From positions 4,287-68,286 of the forward strand of contig JAAWDR010000004.1 of assembly GCA_022793875.1 (NCBI GenBank): a stretch of 64,000 bases of DNA, read 5' to 3'. The translations under genes and the position numbers were made by a program. Of this stretch, positions 29,422 to 38,660 are shown piece after piece (position 1 is the first letter of the stretch; the number at the start of each line of letters is the position of its first letter). Source of the DNA: Clostridia bacterium. GTDB taxonomy: Bacteria; Bacillota; Clostridia; TANB77; CAG-508. The notes under the pieces were generated by a model. That model did no database searches. It worked only from the letters and a program-made list of their open reading frames with translations, and was not told the origin of the DNA.

Positions 29422-29943
29422 TCAGTTATCATATAAATAATCCAATGCTTGTTTAACATTTGTTATATCTGTACCATCTTTTGATTTCCATGCACTATCT
29501 GATGGTATAAATTCGACCATTTCTGCTGTAATAATTTCTGGTACTGTAACATTTTCTATTCCTTTATATTCTGTTGTTCCATCTGTTATATAAAATATAA
29601 ATCCATCATTTGTTATTAATTTTATTTTATTTATATTTTTATCTTCTATACTTTCACTAACCCAGTCTCTTTGCTTAGAATCATTAAAGGCTATATTTAG
29701 CCTTTCTAATGTAATTCCACCATTGTAAGATAATCTTGTTTCTACTTTTATTAGCTCTATTTTTTCCTTATATTGTGCAATTAAAGTTTCTTCTTTTGCT
29801 AATTCTGCTTTTTTTAACAATCCACTTCCTGCTAAGGCTGATATTGATATTCCTGCTAAAATTAATAAAATTATGATTGTGATTACGAGTGCTACTAATG
29901 TAATACCATTATTATTACAAAATTTATCTTTTTTCTCTTGCAT
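29422..29943 (-). CDS. Small protein with the same prepilin-like leader as family L
   Basis: 173 aa. MQEKKDKFCNNNG/ITLVALVITIIILLILAGISISALAGSGLLKKAELAKEE. Confidence 0.75.
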   Translation of the reverse strand: MQEKKDKFCNNNGITLVALVITIIILLILAGISISALAGSGLLKKAELAKEETLIAQYKEKIELIKVETRLSYNGGITLERLNIAFNDSKQRDWVSESIEDKNINKIKLITNDGFIFYITDGTTEYKGIENVTVPEIITAEMVEFIPSDSAWKSKDGTDITNVKQALDYLYDN

Positions 29944-30000
29944 TTTAAAATTTTCTCCTTTTCTTTTGATTTTTTACAAAATTATATTATCATATCTGCA
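29944..30000 (-). promoter_or_regulatory. Conserved promoter/5' leader shared with the 43758 gene and the S genes
   Basis: The minus strand reads ..GATATGATAATATAATTTTGTAAAAAATCAAAAGAAAAGGAGAA..ATG and aligns with 43759-43830. The AAATCAAAAGA..GGAGAA leader is also present before S1-S4. Confidence 0.45.
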
Positions 30001-30075
30001 ATTCCTATTATATATTTTTAATTTTCCAAGCACAATAAAGTGCATATTTTTTATTATGCACTTTTACATAATATT

Positions 30076-31215
30076 TTATTCACTCTCATCCTTAATTCTA
30101 TTTTTATTATCAATATAATCACACAAAATAGTCTTAATTACAACAGCAATTGGAACAGCTAAAAACATTCCAAGTATTCCAAAATATGCCCCTCCAATAG
30201 TAATTGAAAATAGTACAAGTAATGGACTTGTTTCTAATGAATTGCCTAGTATTTTAGGATTAATAATATTAGCATCAATTTGTTGTAAAACTATTACAAC
30301 TATTGACATTGCAAGAGCTTGTCCAAATCCTCCTGTAATAAATGTTATAAGTATTGATAATCCAACAGCTATAATTGCTCCTATATATGGTATCATATTG
30401 AATAGTCCTATTAAAAATCCTAATAATGGTGCATATTTTACTTTTAATAATAGCATTCCAATAGTAGTTAATATTCCTACAATAACTGCATCTAACAATT
30501 GACTAGATATAAATGTAAAAAATACATTATTTGCATTAGTAAAATATCTATCTACTGTTTGATAAGTTTCTTTCTTAAATACAGCTCTCGCAAATTTTCT
30601 TAAAAATTCCATTATAGAAGTTCTTTGTAATAATATATATACAGAAACTACAATTGAAACAAATACATCAAAAATTCCTGAAAATATATCTATAATATTT
30701 TTAACATATTCTAAAATTTTTTCACTATTAATACTTAATAATTGATTTATATCAATATTTCTTATTTCCGACATTTTAGCCTTTATCATATCACTCTTAA
30801 AAATTGAATCTTCTGGTAATTCATCATATTTATTAACTATTGTATTATAATAATTTGGCACATTACTAATTAATTCTACTACACTGTCTTTTAATATTGG
30901 AAAAATACAGTTTATTATTATTACTATTACTAAAATAGCAATTAAATATGTAGTTATAACTGCTAATCCTCTTGATTTTTTTGTTATTATTTTGAATCTT
31001 GATTTTTTATAAATATTTTCAATTTTTCTACATGGTATAAGTAAAATATATGATATTAATAAACCAACAAAAAATGGGCTTAATATTCTAAATAGTGTTC
31101 CAAACCATGCTTGTATACTAGAAAAATTGTCTAACATTTTATAAACAAATACTACTATTAGTGCAATTACTAACCATGACATCCTTTTTTTCCAACCTTG
31201 TTTAATTTCTTCCAT
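30076..31215 (-). CDS. AI-2E family (PerM-like) transporter
   Basis: 379 aa and polytopic, with the typical ...IPYIGA... and LAVPIA segments. Confidence 0.8.
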   Translation of the reverse strand: MEEIKQGWKKRMSWLVIALIVVFVYKMLDNFSSIQAWFGTLFRILSPFFVGLLISYILLIPCRKIENIYKKSRFKIITKKSRGLAVITTYLIAILVIVIIINCIFPILKDSVVELISNVPNYYNTIVNKYDELPEDSIFKSDMIKAKMSEIRNIDINQLLSINSEKILEYVKNIIDIFSGIFDVFVSIVVSVYILLQRTSIMEFLRKFARAVFKKETYQTVDRYFTNANNVFFTFISSQLLDAVIVGILTTIGMLLLKVKYAPLLGFLIGLFNMIPYIGAIIAVGLSILITFITGGFGQALAMSIVVIVLQQIDANIINPKILGNSLETSPLLVLFSITIGGAYFGILGMFLAVPIAVVIKTILCDYIDNKNRIKDESE

Positions 31216-31291
31216 ATTATCTTTCCTTTCTCTTCACTCATTATCATCCAAAAATTTATCTCATAAATTCTATATAAGATATTCGTAATAC

Positions 31292-32062
31292 TTATTCTTC
31301 GCTAGCAGCTAACTTAATATCTAATCCTACTGGACAGTGGTCACTTCCAAAAACTTCTGGATATATCATCGTATCTTTTACTTTATCATTTATATCTTTT
31401 GATATTATAAAATAGTCAATTCTCCACCCTACATTCTTTTCTCTAGCATGACCCATATATGACCACCAACTATATGCATTTTCCTTATCTGGATATAATA
31501 GTCTAAATGTATCTGTAAATCCAGCTTCTAATAGTTCTGTCATTTTATTTCTTTCTTCATCTGTAAATCCTGCATTTTTTCTGTTACTTTTTGGATTTTT
31601 TAAGTCTATCTCTTTATGTGCTACATTTAAATCTCCACACATTATAACTGGCTTGTTTTGGTTTAATTTTAATAAATATTTTCTTATTTCATCTTCCCAA
31701 ATTTGTCTATAATCTAGTCTTTCTAATCCTCTTTTTGAATTAGGTGTATATATATTAACAAGATAAAATTTTTCAAATTCTAATGTAATGACTCTTCCTT
31801 CTTTATCATGTTCTTCTATACCTATTCCATAACCTACATTCTTTGGTTTAATTTTTGTAAATATAGCTGTTCCTGAATACCCTTTTTTCTCCGCACTATT
31901 CCAATAACTTGTATATCCATCAAACTCTAATTCTATTTGTTCTTGTTGGCATTTTGTTTCTTGAATACAAAATATATCTGCATCTATTTCATTAAAAAAC
32001 TCTGAAAACCCCTTTGTCAAACATGCTCTTATTCCATTTACATTCCATGATATTAATTTCAT
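31292..32062 (-). CDS. xth: Exodeoxyribonuclease III
   Basis: MKLISWNVNGIRA, CIQETK, GDLNVAH and SDHCPV. Confidence 0.92.
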   Translation of the reverse strand: MKLISWNVNGIRACLTKGFSEFFNEIDADIFCIQETKCQQEQIELEFDGYTSYWNSAEKKGYSGTAIFTKIKPKNVGYGIGIEEHDKEGRVITLEFEKFYLVNIYTPNSKRGLERLDYRQIWEDEIRKYLLKLNQNKPVIMCGDLNVAHKEIDLKNPKSNRKNAGFTDEERNKMTELLEAGFTDTFRLLYPDKENAYSWWSYMGHAREKNVGWRIDYFIISKDINDKVKDTMIYPEVFGSDHCPVGLDIKLAASEE

Positions 32063-32282
32063 TATTTTTGTCCTTTCAATTAATATATTAGCATTTTACT
32101 ACATTTTTTTATAAATATCAATAAAAAGCTGCTGATTTTCTTGCTTTTTTCTAATATATGTGTTATAGTTAATAAAGTTTCAATAAAGAAACTTTAGAAT
32201 TTATTTTAGAATATTTGTCCTCTCTTTAGATTGGTTAAGTACAAAAATTAATTCGAATCAGTTTAAAAGGAGGTTTATATAC

Positions 32283-32453
32283 ATGGAAACATCATATGAA
32301 GATATTACTCTTACATGCAAAGATTGTGGTTCAGAATTTGTTTTTACATCTGGAGAACAACAATTTTATGCAGAAAAAGGTTTTACAAATCAACCTGTAA
32401 GATGTCCAGCTTGTAGAAAAGCTAGAAAACAACAAAATAACAATAAATATTAA
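32283..32453 (+). CDS. 56-aa zinc-ribbon protein (not in ORF track)
   Basis: SD aaaggagg. METSYEDITLTCKDCGSEFVFTSGEQQFYAEKGFTNQPVRCPACRKARKQQNNNKY with two CxxC pairs. Confidence 0.7.
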   Translation: METSYEDITLTCKDCGSEFVFTSGEQQFYAEKGFTNQPVRCPACRKARKQQNNNKY

Positions 32454-32456
32454 GTC

Positions 32457-32489
32457 AAAAAAAGAATCCTTTAAATCGGATTCTTTTTC
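32457..32489. terminator. Bidirectional terminator between convergent genes
   Basis: An A-run, AGAATCC tttaaatc GGATTCT, then a T-run. Confidence 0.7.
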
Positions 32490-32498
32490 ATATTCATA

Positions 32499-33440
32499 TT
32501 ATTGTACAACATTAACAGTTAAATATTTAACACCCCAAGCTAAAGCTTCAGCATGTGTATTCATATATACATCTATTTTATTTCCTTTTATAGCTCCACC
32601 TCTATCTTCAACTGTATAAACATGACCATTTATATTTAATTTTGTACCAAATGCAAATTGAGATGATGCTGCAACTGTTCTACCAGCTGTTGCATGAGTT
32701 CCCATTGCAGTAATACCATTTGTTTTACCACAGCATTTAGCACATGCACAATATGCTGTTACTTTAAATACTTGCCCATTTGAACTTGTTGAATTTGTAT
32801 TTGATGTAGCTCTTTCTGTTGTACCAGATCTTGATGTTACAACTTTATTTACTTGTACTATTTTATTAACTGGTTCTTTAACTATTTTTTCAGATAATTG
32901 TGTTTTTTCTATTTCTACTTCATTTTGATATTTTATTTTAAATGTAACTTCTTTTAACCCATTTTTTCCTTGTTGTAATACTTTATTTGTTGTATTTTGA
33001 GTTGTCCCTGTAGAATTTTTTGTTATTGTTTCAAAAGGTATTTCAACTTGTTCTACAACTATTTTTTCTGTAATTGGTGCATAATTGTTTAATAGTTCTT
33101 CTAATGTTGCTTCAACACCTTCGTCTGAAACTTTTGCAATTTGTACTTCATTATATGATTTATCAACAATTTTTATTATTGACCCTGCTGTTATTTGTTC
33201 TTCTCCATCAGGAATTGTTTTTTTATTTTCTTCTAAAATAATGTTATTTTCTTCTAAAACTTCATCTACTGTTGTTTTAGCTGTTAAAACTGTCATTTCA
33301 TATCCATTCTGTAAAATAATTCTAACATCTTTTAGATTTGTACTAACTGCCATAACTCCTATTCCTGAAATTAATACTAATATTATACTAACACATATTA
33401 TTTTCATAATTGAAACTGAAGCTTTTTCTTCATTTTTCAT
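32499..33440 (-). CDS. Cell-wall protein with DUF348, G5 and 3D domains (YabE/Rpf-like)
   Basis: N-terminal TM segment, a G5-like VLQQGKNGLKEVTFKIKY, and a C-terminal 3D domain FKVTAYCACAKCCGK...VEDRGGAIKGNKIDVYM. Confidence 0.85.
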   Translation of the reverse strand: MKNEEKASVSIMKIICVSIILVLISGIGVMAVSTNLKDVRIILQNGYEMTVLTAKTTVDEVLEENNIILEENKKTIPDGEEQITAGSIIKIVDKSYNEVQIAKVSDEGVEATLEELLNNYAPITEKIVVEQVEIPFETITKNSTGTTQNTTNKVLQQGKNGLKEVTFKIKYQNEVEIEKTQLSEKIVKEPVNKIVQVNKVVTSRSGTTERATSNTNSTSSNGQVFKVTAYCACAKCCGKTNGITAMGTHATAGRTVAASSQFAFGTKLNINGHVYTVEDRGGAIKGNKIDVYMNTHAEALAWGVKYLTVNVVQ

Positions 33441-33669
33441 AAATTATAATACCTCCTTTTTGGCATCAATTATTATTATACTACTTTTTCCCAGATTTGT
33501 CAAATCTGGTACAAGCCTTTAATTTCAATACGTTCATTATATTATATTCTGTAATAGGTTAATTTAGAACAAAAGAAGCATGATTAAAATTTTTAAAAAA
33601 TATTGTTAAAAATATAAATATATGTTATTATAATTGTATAATATATATAGTAATAAGGAGGAACTTTTT

Positions 33670-34233
33670 ATGGTAGGATGGATTATATTAGCAATAGTAG
33701 TAATATTAGTATTTGCAATTATATCAATGTATAACAATTTAGTAACATCAAAAGTAAAAGTTGATAATGCTTGGAGTCAAATTGATGTACAATTACAAAG
33801 AAGATTTGATTTAATTCCAAACTTTGTTGAAACAGTAAAAGGATACGCTGCTCATGAAAAAGAAACTTTTGAAAAAATAACTTCATTAAGATCTTCATGG
33901 GCAAATGCTTCAACAATTTCTGAAAAAGCAGAATTAGATAATCAATTATCTGGAGCATTAAAAACAATAATGGCTGTTTCTGAAAATTACCCAGAATTAA
34001 AAGCTAATCAAAACTTTTCTGAATTATCTGAAGAACTAAGAAATACTGAAAATAAAATTTCTTTTTCTAGACAATTCTATAATGATACTGTAACAATGTA
34101 TAATCAAAAATTATTAACTTTCCCTTCTAACATCATAGCTAACATGTTTAATTTTAAATCTCATGATTTATTTAAAGCTGATAGCGATGAAGCTAGAAAA
34201 AATGTTAAAGTAGATTTCGGAAAAAATGCATAG
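33670..34233 (+). CDS. lemA: LemA family protein
   Basis: Start MVGWIILAIV after taaggagg. Motifs YNNLV, VDNAWSQIDVQLQRR.DLIPN and ENYPELKAN. Confidence 0.9.
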   Translation: MVGWIILAIVVILVFAIISMYNNLVTSKVKVDNAWSQIDVQLQRRFDLIPNFVETVKGYAAHEKETFEKITSLRSSWANASTISEKAELDNQLSGALKTIMAVSENYPELKANQNFSELSEELRNTENKISFSRQFYNDTVTMYNQKLLTFPSNIIANMFNFKSHDLFKADSDEARKNVKVDFGKNA

Positions 34234-34293
34234 TCTAAAAAGGGATTACTCTAACAGTAATTCCTTTTTATTACAATAGAAGGAGGTTAAAAT

Positions 34294-35196
34294 ATGTTTG
34301 AATGGTCAAGAAAAAATAAATTTCAATCAGCAATAATAATCGCAATTTTTATACTTGTTATAACTTTAATAATTTATTATATATGTAATGCACTAGAATT
34401 AGGTGGATTTTCAATATTAATTGCATTAGTTTTCTCAATTGCTAGTAGTTGGGCATCATATTATTATAGTGATAAAATTATTCTTGCATCATGTAAAGCT
34501 AGACCTGCAACAAAAGAAGAAGATTTAAAACTTGTAAATATATTAGATTCTTTAATGGTTACTGCTGGATTACCAAAAAAGCCAGATTTATATGTAGTAG
34601 AAGATAATCAACCAAATGCATTTGCTACTGGTAGAAATCCAGAACATGCAGTTATCTGCGTTACTACTGGTTTATTAGATAAATTAAGTTATTATGAACT
34701 AGAAGGTGTAATAGCACACGAAATGAGTCACATAAAAAATTATGATATCCTTTTAAGTACTGTTGTATCAGTTTTCGTAGGTTTTATTGTAATGCTATCA
34801 GATATGTTTACTAGAATTATATTTTGTGGTGGTTCTAAAGATAGTGATGATGACAGTAAAGCAAATGGAATATTAATGTTATTAGGTTTAATTTGTCTAA
34901 TTTTATCTCCTATTTTTGGTACTTTAATGCAATTAGCACTTTCAAGAAAAAGAGAATTCTTGGCTGATAGTACTGCCATAGAATTCACTCGTAATCCTGA
35001 TGGTTTAATATCTGCATTGCAAAAACTTGAAGATGATTCTAATGAATTACAATATGCAAATTCAGCTACTGCTAATATGTATATTGTAAATCCTTTTAAA
35101 AAGGATGGTAATAGAGGTAAAAAGAAAACTTCTAGTATTTGGTCTACTCATCCAAGTACAGAAGATAGAATAAATGCTTTAAAAAATATAATATAA
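34294..35196 (+). CDS. htpX: M48 family zinc metalloprotease (HtpX-like)
   Basis: HEMSH motif, TM segments and STHPSTEDRI at the C-terminus. The lemA-htpX pairing is common. Confidence 0.85.
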   Translation: MFEWSRKNKFQSAIIIAIFILVITLIIYYICNALELGGFSILIALVFSIASSWASYYYSDKIILASCKARPATKEEDLKLVNILDSLMVTAGLPKKPDLYVVEDNQPNAFATGRNPEHAVICVTTGLLDKLSYYELEGVIAHEMSHIKNYDILLSTVVSVFVGFIVMLSDMFTRIIFCGGSKDSDDDSKANGILMLLGLICLILSPIFGTLMQLALSRKREFLADSTAIEFTRNPDGLISALQKLEDDSNELQYANSATANMYIVNPFKKDGNRGKKKTSSIWSTHPSTEDRINALKNII

Positions 35197-35198
35197 AT

Positions 35199-35240
35199 AA
35201 AAGAAGAATTCACTAAAATTAAAGTAGAATTCTTCTTTTA
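35199..35240. terminator. Bidirectional terminator
   Basis: AAAGAAGAATTC ... GAATTCTTCTTT. Confidence 0.65.
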
Positions 35241-35250
35241 CTATTTAATC

Positions 35251-35700
35251 TTATCTTACTAACGATTGCTTTAATAAAAGTACTCCATTTACAGCATTTT
35301 CTTTATGTTCTTTTAATTCTTGTGATATTTTTTGATGTTCTCTTCTTTCAACATTTTGAATTACCTTCATAACCTCATTAAGTTGTTTTCCTACCTCTGA
35401 AGAAAATTTCTGTATAGCATTTGCTATTTTTTCATCGATTTCTTTACTAACCTTTTGCAAAATTCTCTTTTCTTGTTTATCCATTTCTTCATGAAGCCTC
35501 TGTAAAATTCTTTCTTCTTGTTTATCCATTTCTTCATGAAGCCTCTGTAAAATTCTTTCTTCTTGTTTATCCATTTCTTCATGAAGCCTTTGTAAAATTC
35601 TTTCTTCTTGCTCCTTATTTTCTTTTCTTAATAGTTCAACATTATCATTAGTTTTTTTTGCAGCAATTAAAATTTCTTTTAAAACATCTTCCTGACTCAA
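35251..35700 (-). CDS. Coiled-coil protein with 15-aa tandem repeats
   Basis: TTG start after aaggaggtg. EERILQRLHEEMDKQ is repeated three times. Confidence 0.6.
   Translation of the reverse strand: MSQEDVLKEILIAAKKTNDNVELLRKENKEQEERILQRLHEEMDKQEERILQRLHEEMDKQEERILQRLHEEMDKQEKRILQKVSKEIDEKIANAIQKFSSEVGKQLNEVMKVIQNVERREHQKISQELKEHKENAVNGVLLLKQSLVR
35481..35610. repeat. 45-bp tandem repeat, about 2.9 copies, in frame inside the coiled-coil gene
   Basis: Unit CCATTTCTTCATGAAGCCTCTGTAAAATTCTTTCTTCTTGTTTAT starts at 35481, 35526 and 35571. Confidence 0.9.
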
Positions 35701-35996
35701 AATTTACACCTCCTTGCTAAAATATTTCTACATAGTAACACTTCGCTTTTACATTCCTAAATTTTATTACAAAATAATTATATTATCACATCACCGTAAA
35801 GTCAATATTATTTTATAAGTTTATTTTTAAATTTTCAAATCTAGTCCAATTAATAAATTTCTTTTAAACTTTGGGAAATTTTTTCGAATTAAAATTAATC
35901 TTTATATATGATTTATAGAAAAAAACTATATTACTATATAGCTTTTCTACTTATATCATATAATTCAACATTTGTAAATAGCATTTTACACAATTT

Positions 35997-36097
35997 CTTG
36001 ATACCTGACATTTTTTTATTGATGGTTAGATACCCTACTAAAATATATCTCTATAGTAGGGGATCCAACCATCAATAAAAAAGTATCTGGTATTAAG
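35997..36097. repeat. Nested palindromic element family 2, short form
   Basis: CTTGATACCTGACATTTTTTTATTGATGGTTAGATACCCTAC, a 17-nt loop, then the inverted arm. The same arms occur at 57051-57491. The right arm overlaps the last codons and stop of tatD. Confidence 0.8.
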
Positions 36098-36875
36098 ACA
36101 TAATTTTTAAAATTTTCTTTGCATTTTTTTCTGTAATTTTTCCTATTTCTTCTAACGATAATCCTTTTACACTTGCAATTTTTTCAGCAATAAATCTTAC
36201 ATTAGCTGGTGTATTTCTTGTTCCTCTAACAGGCTCTGGCGCTAAATATGGACTATCAGTTTCTATTAAAATTCTATCATTAGGAACTAATTTAATAATT
36301 TCATCTGCATCTTTAGAATTCCTAAAAGTAATTGGTCCTGCAAAAGAAATATAAAAATTAAGCTTTAACGCTTCTTTTATTAATTCTCTATTTTGGGGGC
36401 AACAATGAAAAACTCCTTTATTATTTACAGGATTATCTTTCAAGATTTGAATTGTATCCATTACAGCATCTCTTGTATGAATAACTATAGGCAAATTAAG
36501 CTCATTTGCTAATTTTATTTGTTCTATAAAAGCTCTTTTTTGAATTTCTTTATTATCAGTATTCCAATAATAATCTAACCCAATTTCACCTATTGCCAAA
36601 ACTTTACTATTATTTTGAGCTAGGTTTTTAATTTCCTTTATATCTTTCCACAGTTTGTTCTCATCTTGTGGAATATCATTAGGTGAAACTCCTACTATTG
36701 CATAACTAAAATTATAATTATTTGAAATTTGAATTGCCTTTCTTGAACTTTCTACACTATATCCAGCTGTAATAAAATTTGTAACTCCTGATGCATATAT
36801 TTCATTTATTACTTTATCTCTATCTTCATCGAACTTTTCATCATTCAAATGACTATGACTATCAAATAAATTCAT
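36093..36875 (-). CDS. tatD: TatD family metal-dependent hydrolase
   Basis: MNLFDSHSHL, GEIGLDY, IHTRDA and ETDSPYL. The start is taken at M12 of the ORF. Confidence 0.9.
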   Translation of the reverse strand: MNLFDSHSHLNDEKFDEDRDKVINEIYASGVTNFITAGYSVESSRKAIQISNNYNFSYAIVGVSPNDIPQDENKLWKDIKEIKNLAQNNSKVLAIGEIGLDYYWNTDNKEIQKRAFIEQIKLANELNLPIVIHTRDAVMDTIQILKDNPVNNKGVFHCCPQNRELIKEALKLNFYISFAGPITFRNSKDADEIIKLVPNDRILIETDSPYLAPEPVRGTRNTPANVRFIAEKIASVKGLSLEEIGKITEKNAKKILKIMS

Positions 36876-37267
36876 ATTTCCTCCGATTCCCATAAAATCA
36901 TTGTACAAGCAGCTGCATACAATTCACAATGTGTAATACTAATATCTATACTCTTTATCTTTTGCTTACATATATTAAATAAATTGACAATTGGCCTTCC
37001 TTGTCCATCATTTACAACTTCAAAATCTTTCCATGATACAGAATACTTATTATCTAATTCTTTGGAAATAGCTTTAAAAATTGCTTCTTTTGCTGCAAAT
37101 CTTCCAGCATAATGCTGATATTTTTGTACGTTTCTTGATTCGCAATATTCAATTTCATTGTCTGTAAAAACTCTATTTAAAAATTTTTCCTGCAATTTCT
37201 CTATGTCTTCTTTTATTCTTTCAATTTCTATTATGTCCATGCCACAGCTTACTTCACCAATACTCAT
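36872..37267 (-). CDS. acpS: Holo-[acyl-carrier-protein] synthase
   Basis: 131 aa with GMDIIEIERI, FAAKEAIFKA and the IS(I)THC pattern. Confidence 0.85.
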   Translation of the reverse strand: MSIGEVSCGMDIIEIERIKEDIEKLQEKFLNRVFTDNEIEYCESRNVQKYQHYAGRFAAKEAIFKAISKELDNKYSVSWKDFEVVNDGQGRPIVNLFNICKQKIKSIDISITHCELYAAACTMILWESEEI

Positions 37268-37313
37268 TTCTATTTTCCCCCAATTAACACATGCAAAACA
37301 GTCAAATTTTATC

Positions 37314-38516
37314 TCAAATTATATTAACTAGTAATAACACTACTAATAATATTATAATAATAATTGACATTTTGGAATTCTTTTCTATATTTAGTTCTTT
37401 ATATAATAAATCATATTTTAATTTCATTTCATAATACAATCTATCTAACTCCAAAATTTTACCTAATTTATAATTAATACTAGAACCAACTTCATCATCT
37501 GTTATATCTTGAATCCATAAGTTTTTTGTAAATTCAATAAATCTTTTTCTAACTTTTCTTGTATTTGCTGGATTTCTAAATTCTAATTCTAATTTTTTTA
37601 AATATATCTTTTTGTATAAATTTAAAATATATGTATAAAAATATTGATTTTCAAATTTATCTGGCATCTCAATAAAATTATTTATATCACTACTTGAAGT
37701 AAACAATGTAACACCTTGTTTATTAATTCCCATTTTAGCATACTTCCATTCTGACAAAACACATTCTTCATATATATTCAAATTTGCTGAATTGTCTGAT
37801 GACAAAAAGTTCATATATTTTATAAAATCATGTTGTATTCCATCAAAATTATTATTTGTATTCCAAGCTTCACTATCTACACAAACATATGAATATGTTA
37901 AAAATCTTTGAGTATCAATATCATGTTTCATAGTTTCGATATCAGATCCAGTCATATCTTTAATAAATTCTGTTAATTTATTAATATTACTAAAAGTATC
38001 TGTTTGCAAATATATCTTATCATAATTTTTCAAGTTACTTTCTTGTCTTATGTCTCTAAATTTATAATTAAAATTCAATAAATCTGAAAAATCATAACTA
38101 TTTTCTATATTTGTTTTCATATTAAAAAAACATATACCTGTATTAAAACAAATTATTTCTATTTTCTGAATTTTAAAAAATATTCCTTTATCTTGTGCTT
38201 TTCCTTGTATATCTTCATCTAAAATATATTCAAAAATATTACAAGGATATTTACTTAAAACTGCTGATTTCGTATCATCTGGCAATTCGTCCAATTTATT
38301 TAACTTTGTTCTAGAGTGCGAAAAACTAGAAAAAAGAAATTCTCTAGTTTTAGGCGAAAAATAATTATATAAATCTATATCTTTACTTTTCTGAAATGTT
38401 TTTAATTTAAATTTTTTATCTTTAATTAAACTTAATAAATATTTTTGATATTTATTCTCCTTTATTACAAAAGGATGTATAAAGTATGTATATTGATAAT
38501 TCATCTTTAGTTTCAT
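37314..38516 (-). CDS. Hypothetical 400-aa protein with a single C-terminal TM anchor
   Basis: Long ORF with coherent coding composition and a C-terminal MSIIIIILLVVLLLVNII. No motif was recognised. Confidence 0.5.
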   Translation of the reverse strand: MKLKMNYQYTYFIHPFVIKENKYQKYLLSLIKDKKFKLKTFQKSKDIDLYNYFSPKTREFLFSSFSHSRTKLNKLDELPDDTKSAVLSKYPCNIFEYILDEDIQGKAQDKGIFFKIQKIEIICFNTGICFFNMKTNIENSYDFSDLLNFNYKFRDIRQESNLKNYDKIYLQTDTFSNINKLTEFIKDMTGSDIETMKHDIDTQRFLTYSYVCVDSEAWNTNNNFDGIQHDFIKYMNFLSSDNSANLNIYEECVLSEWKYAKMGINKQGVTLFTSSSDINNFIEMPDKFENQYFYTYILNLYKKIYLKKLELEFRNPANTRKVRKRFIEFTKNLWIQDITDDEVGSSINYKLGKILELDRLYYEMKLKYDLLYKELNIEKNSKMSIIIIILLVVLLLVNII

Positions 38517-38660
38517 TTTTATTACCTCATTTACTAATATAATTTATACTTTTAAAATTGTGACATATATAATACTTTGAAGTCCAAGACCTATAGGTAG
38601 ACCCCAGATATGTTTTGGACAAAAAGTATTATATATGCAACAATTTTATATTATATAATT

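Noticed and set aside
33441-33633. A c-di-AMP (ydaO-type) riboswitch upstream of the G5/3D cell-wall gene, a frequent association.
   Set aside because: The leader is under 200 nt and almost pure AT. It lacks the conserved GC-rich ydaO pseudo-symmetric core segments.
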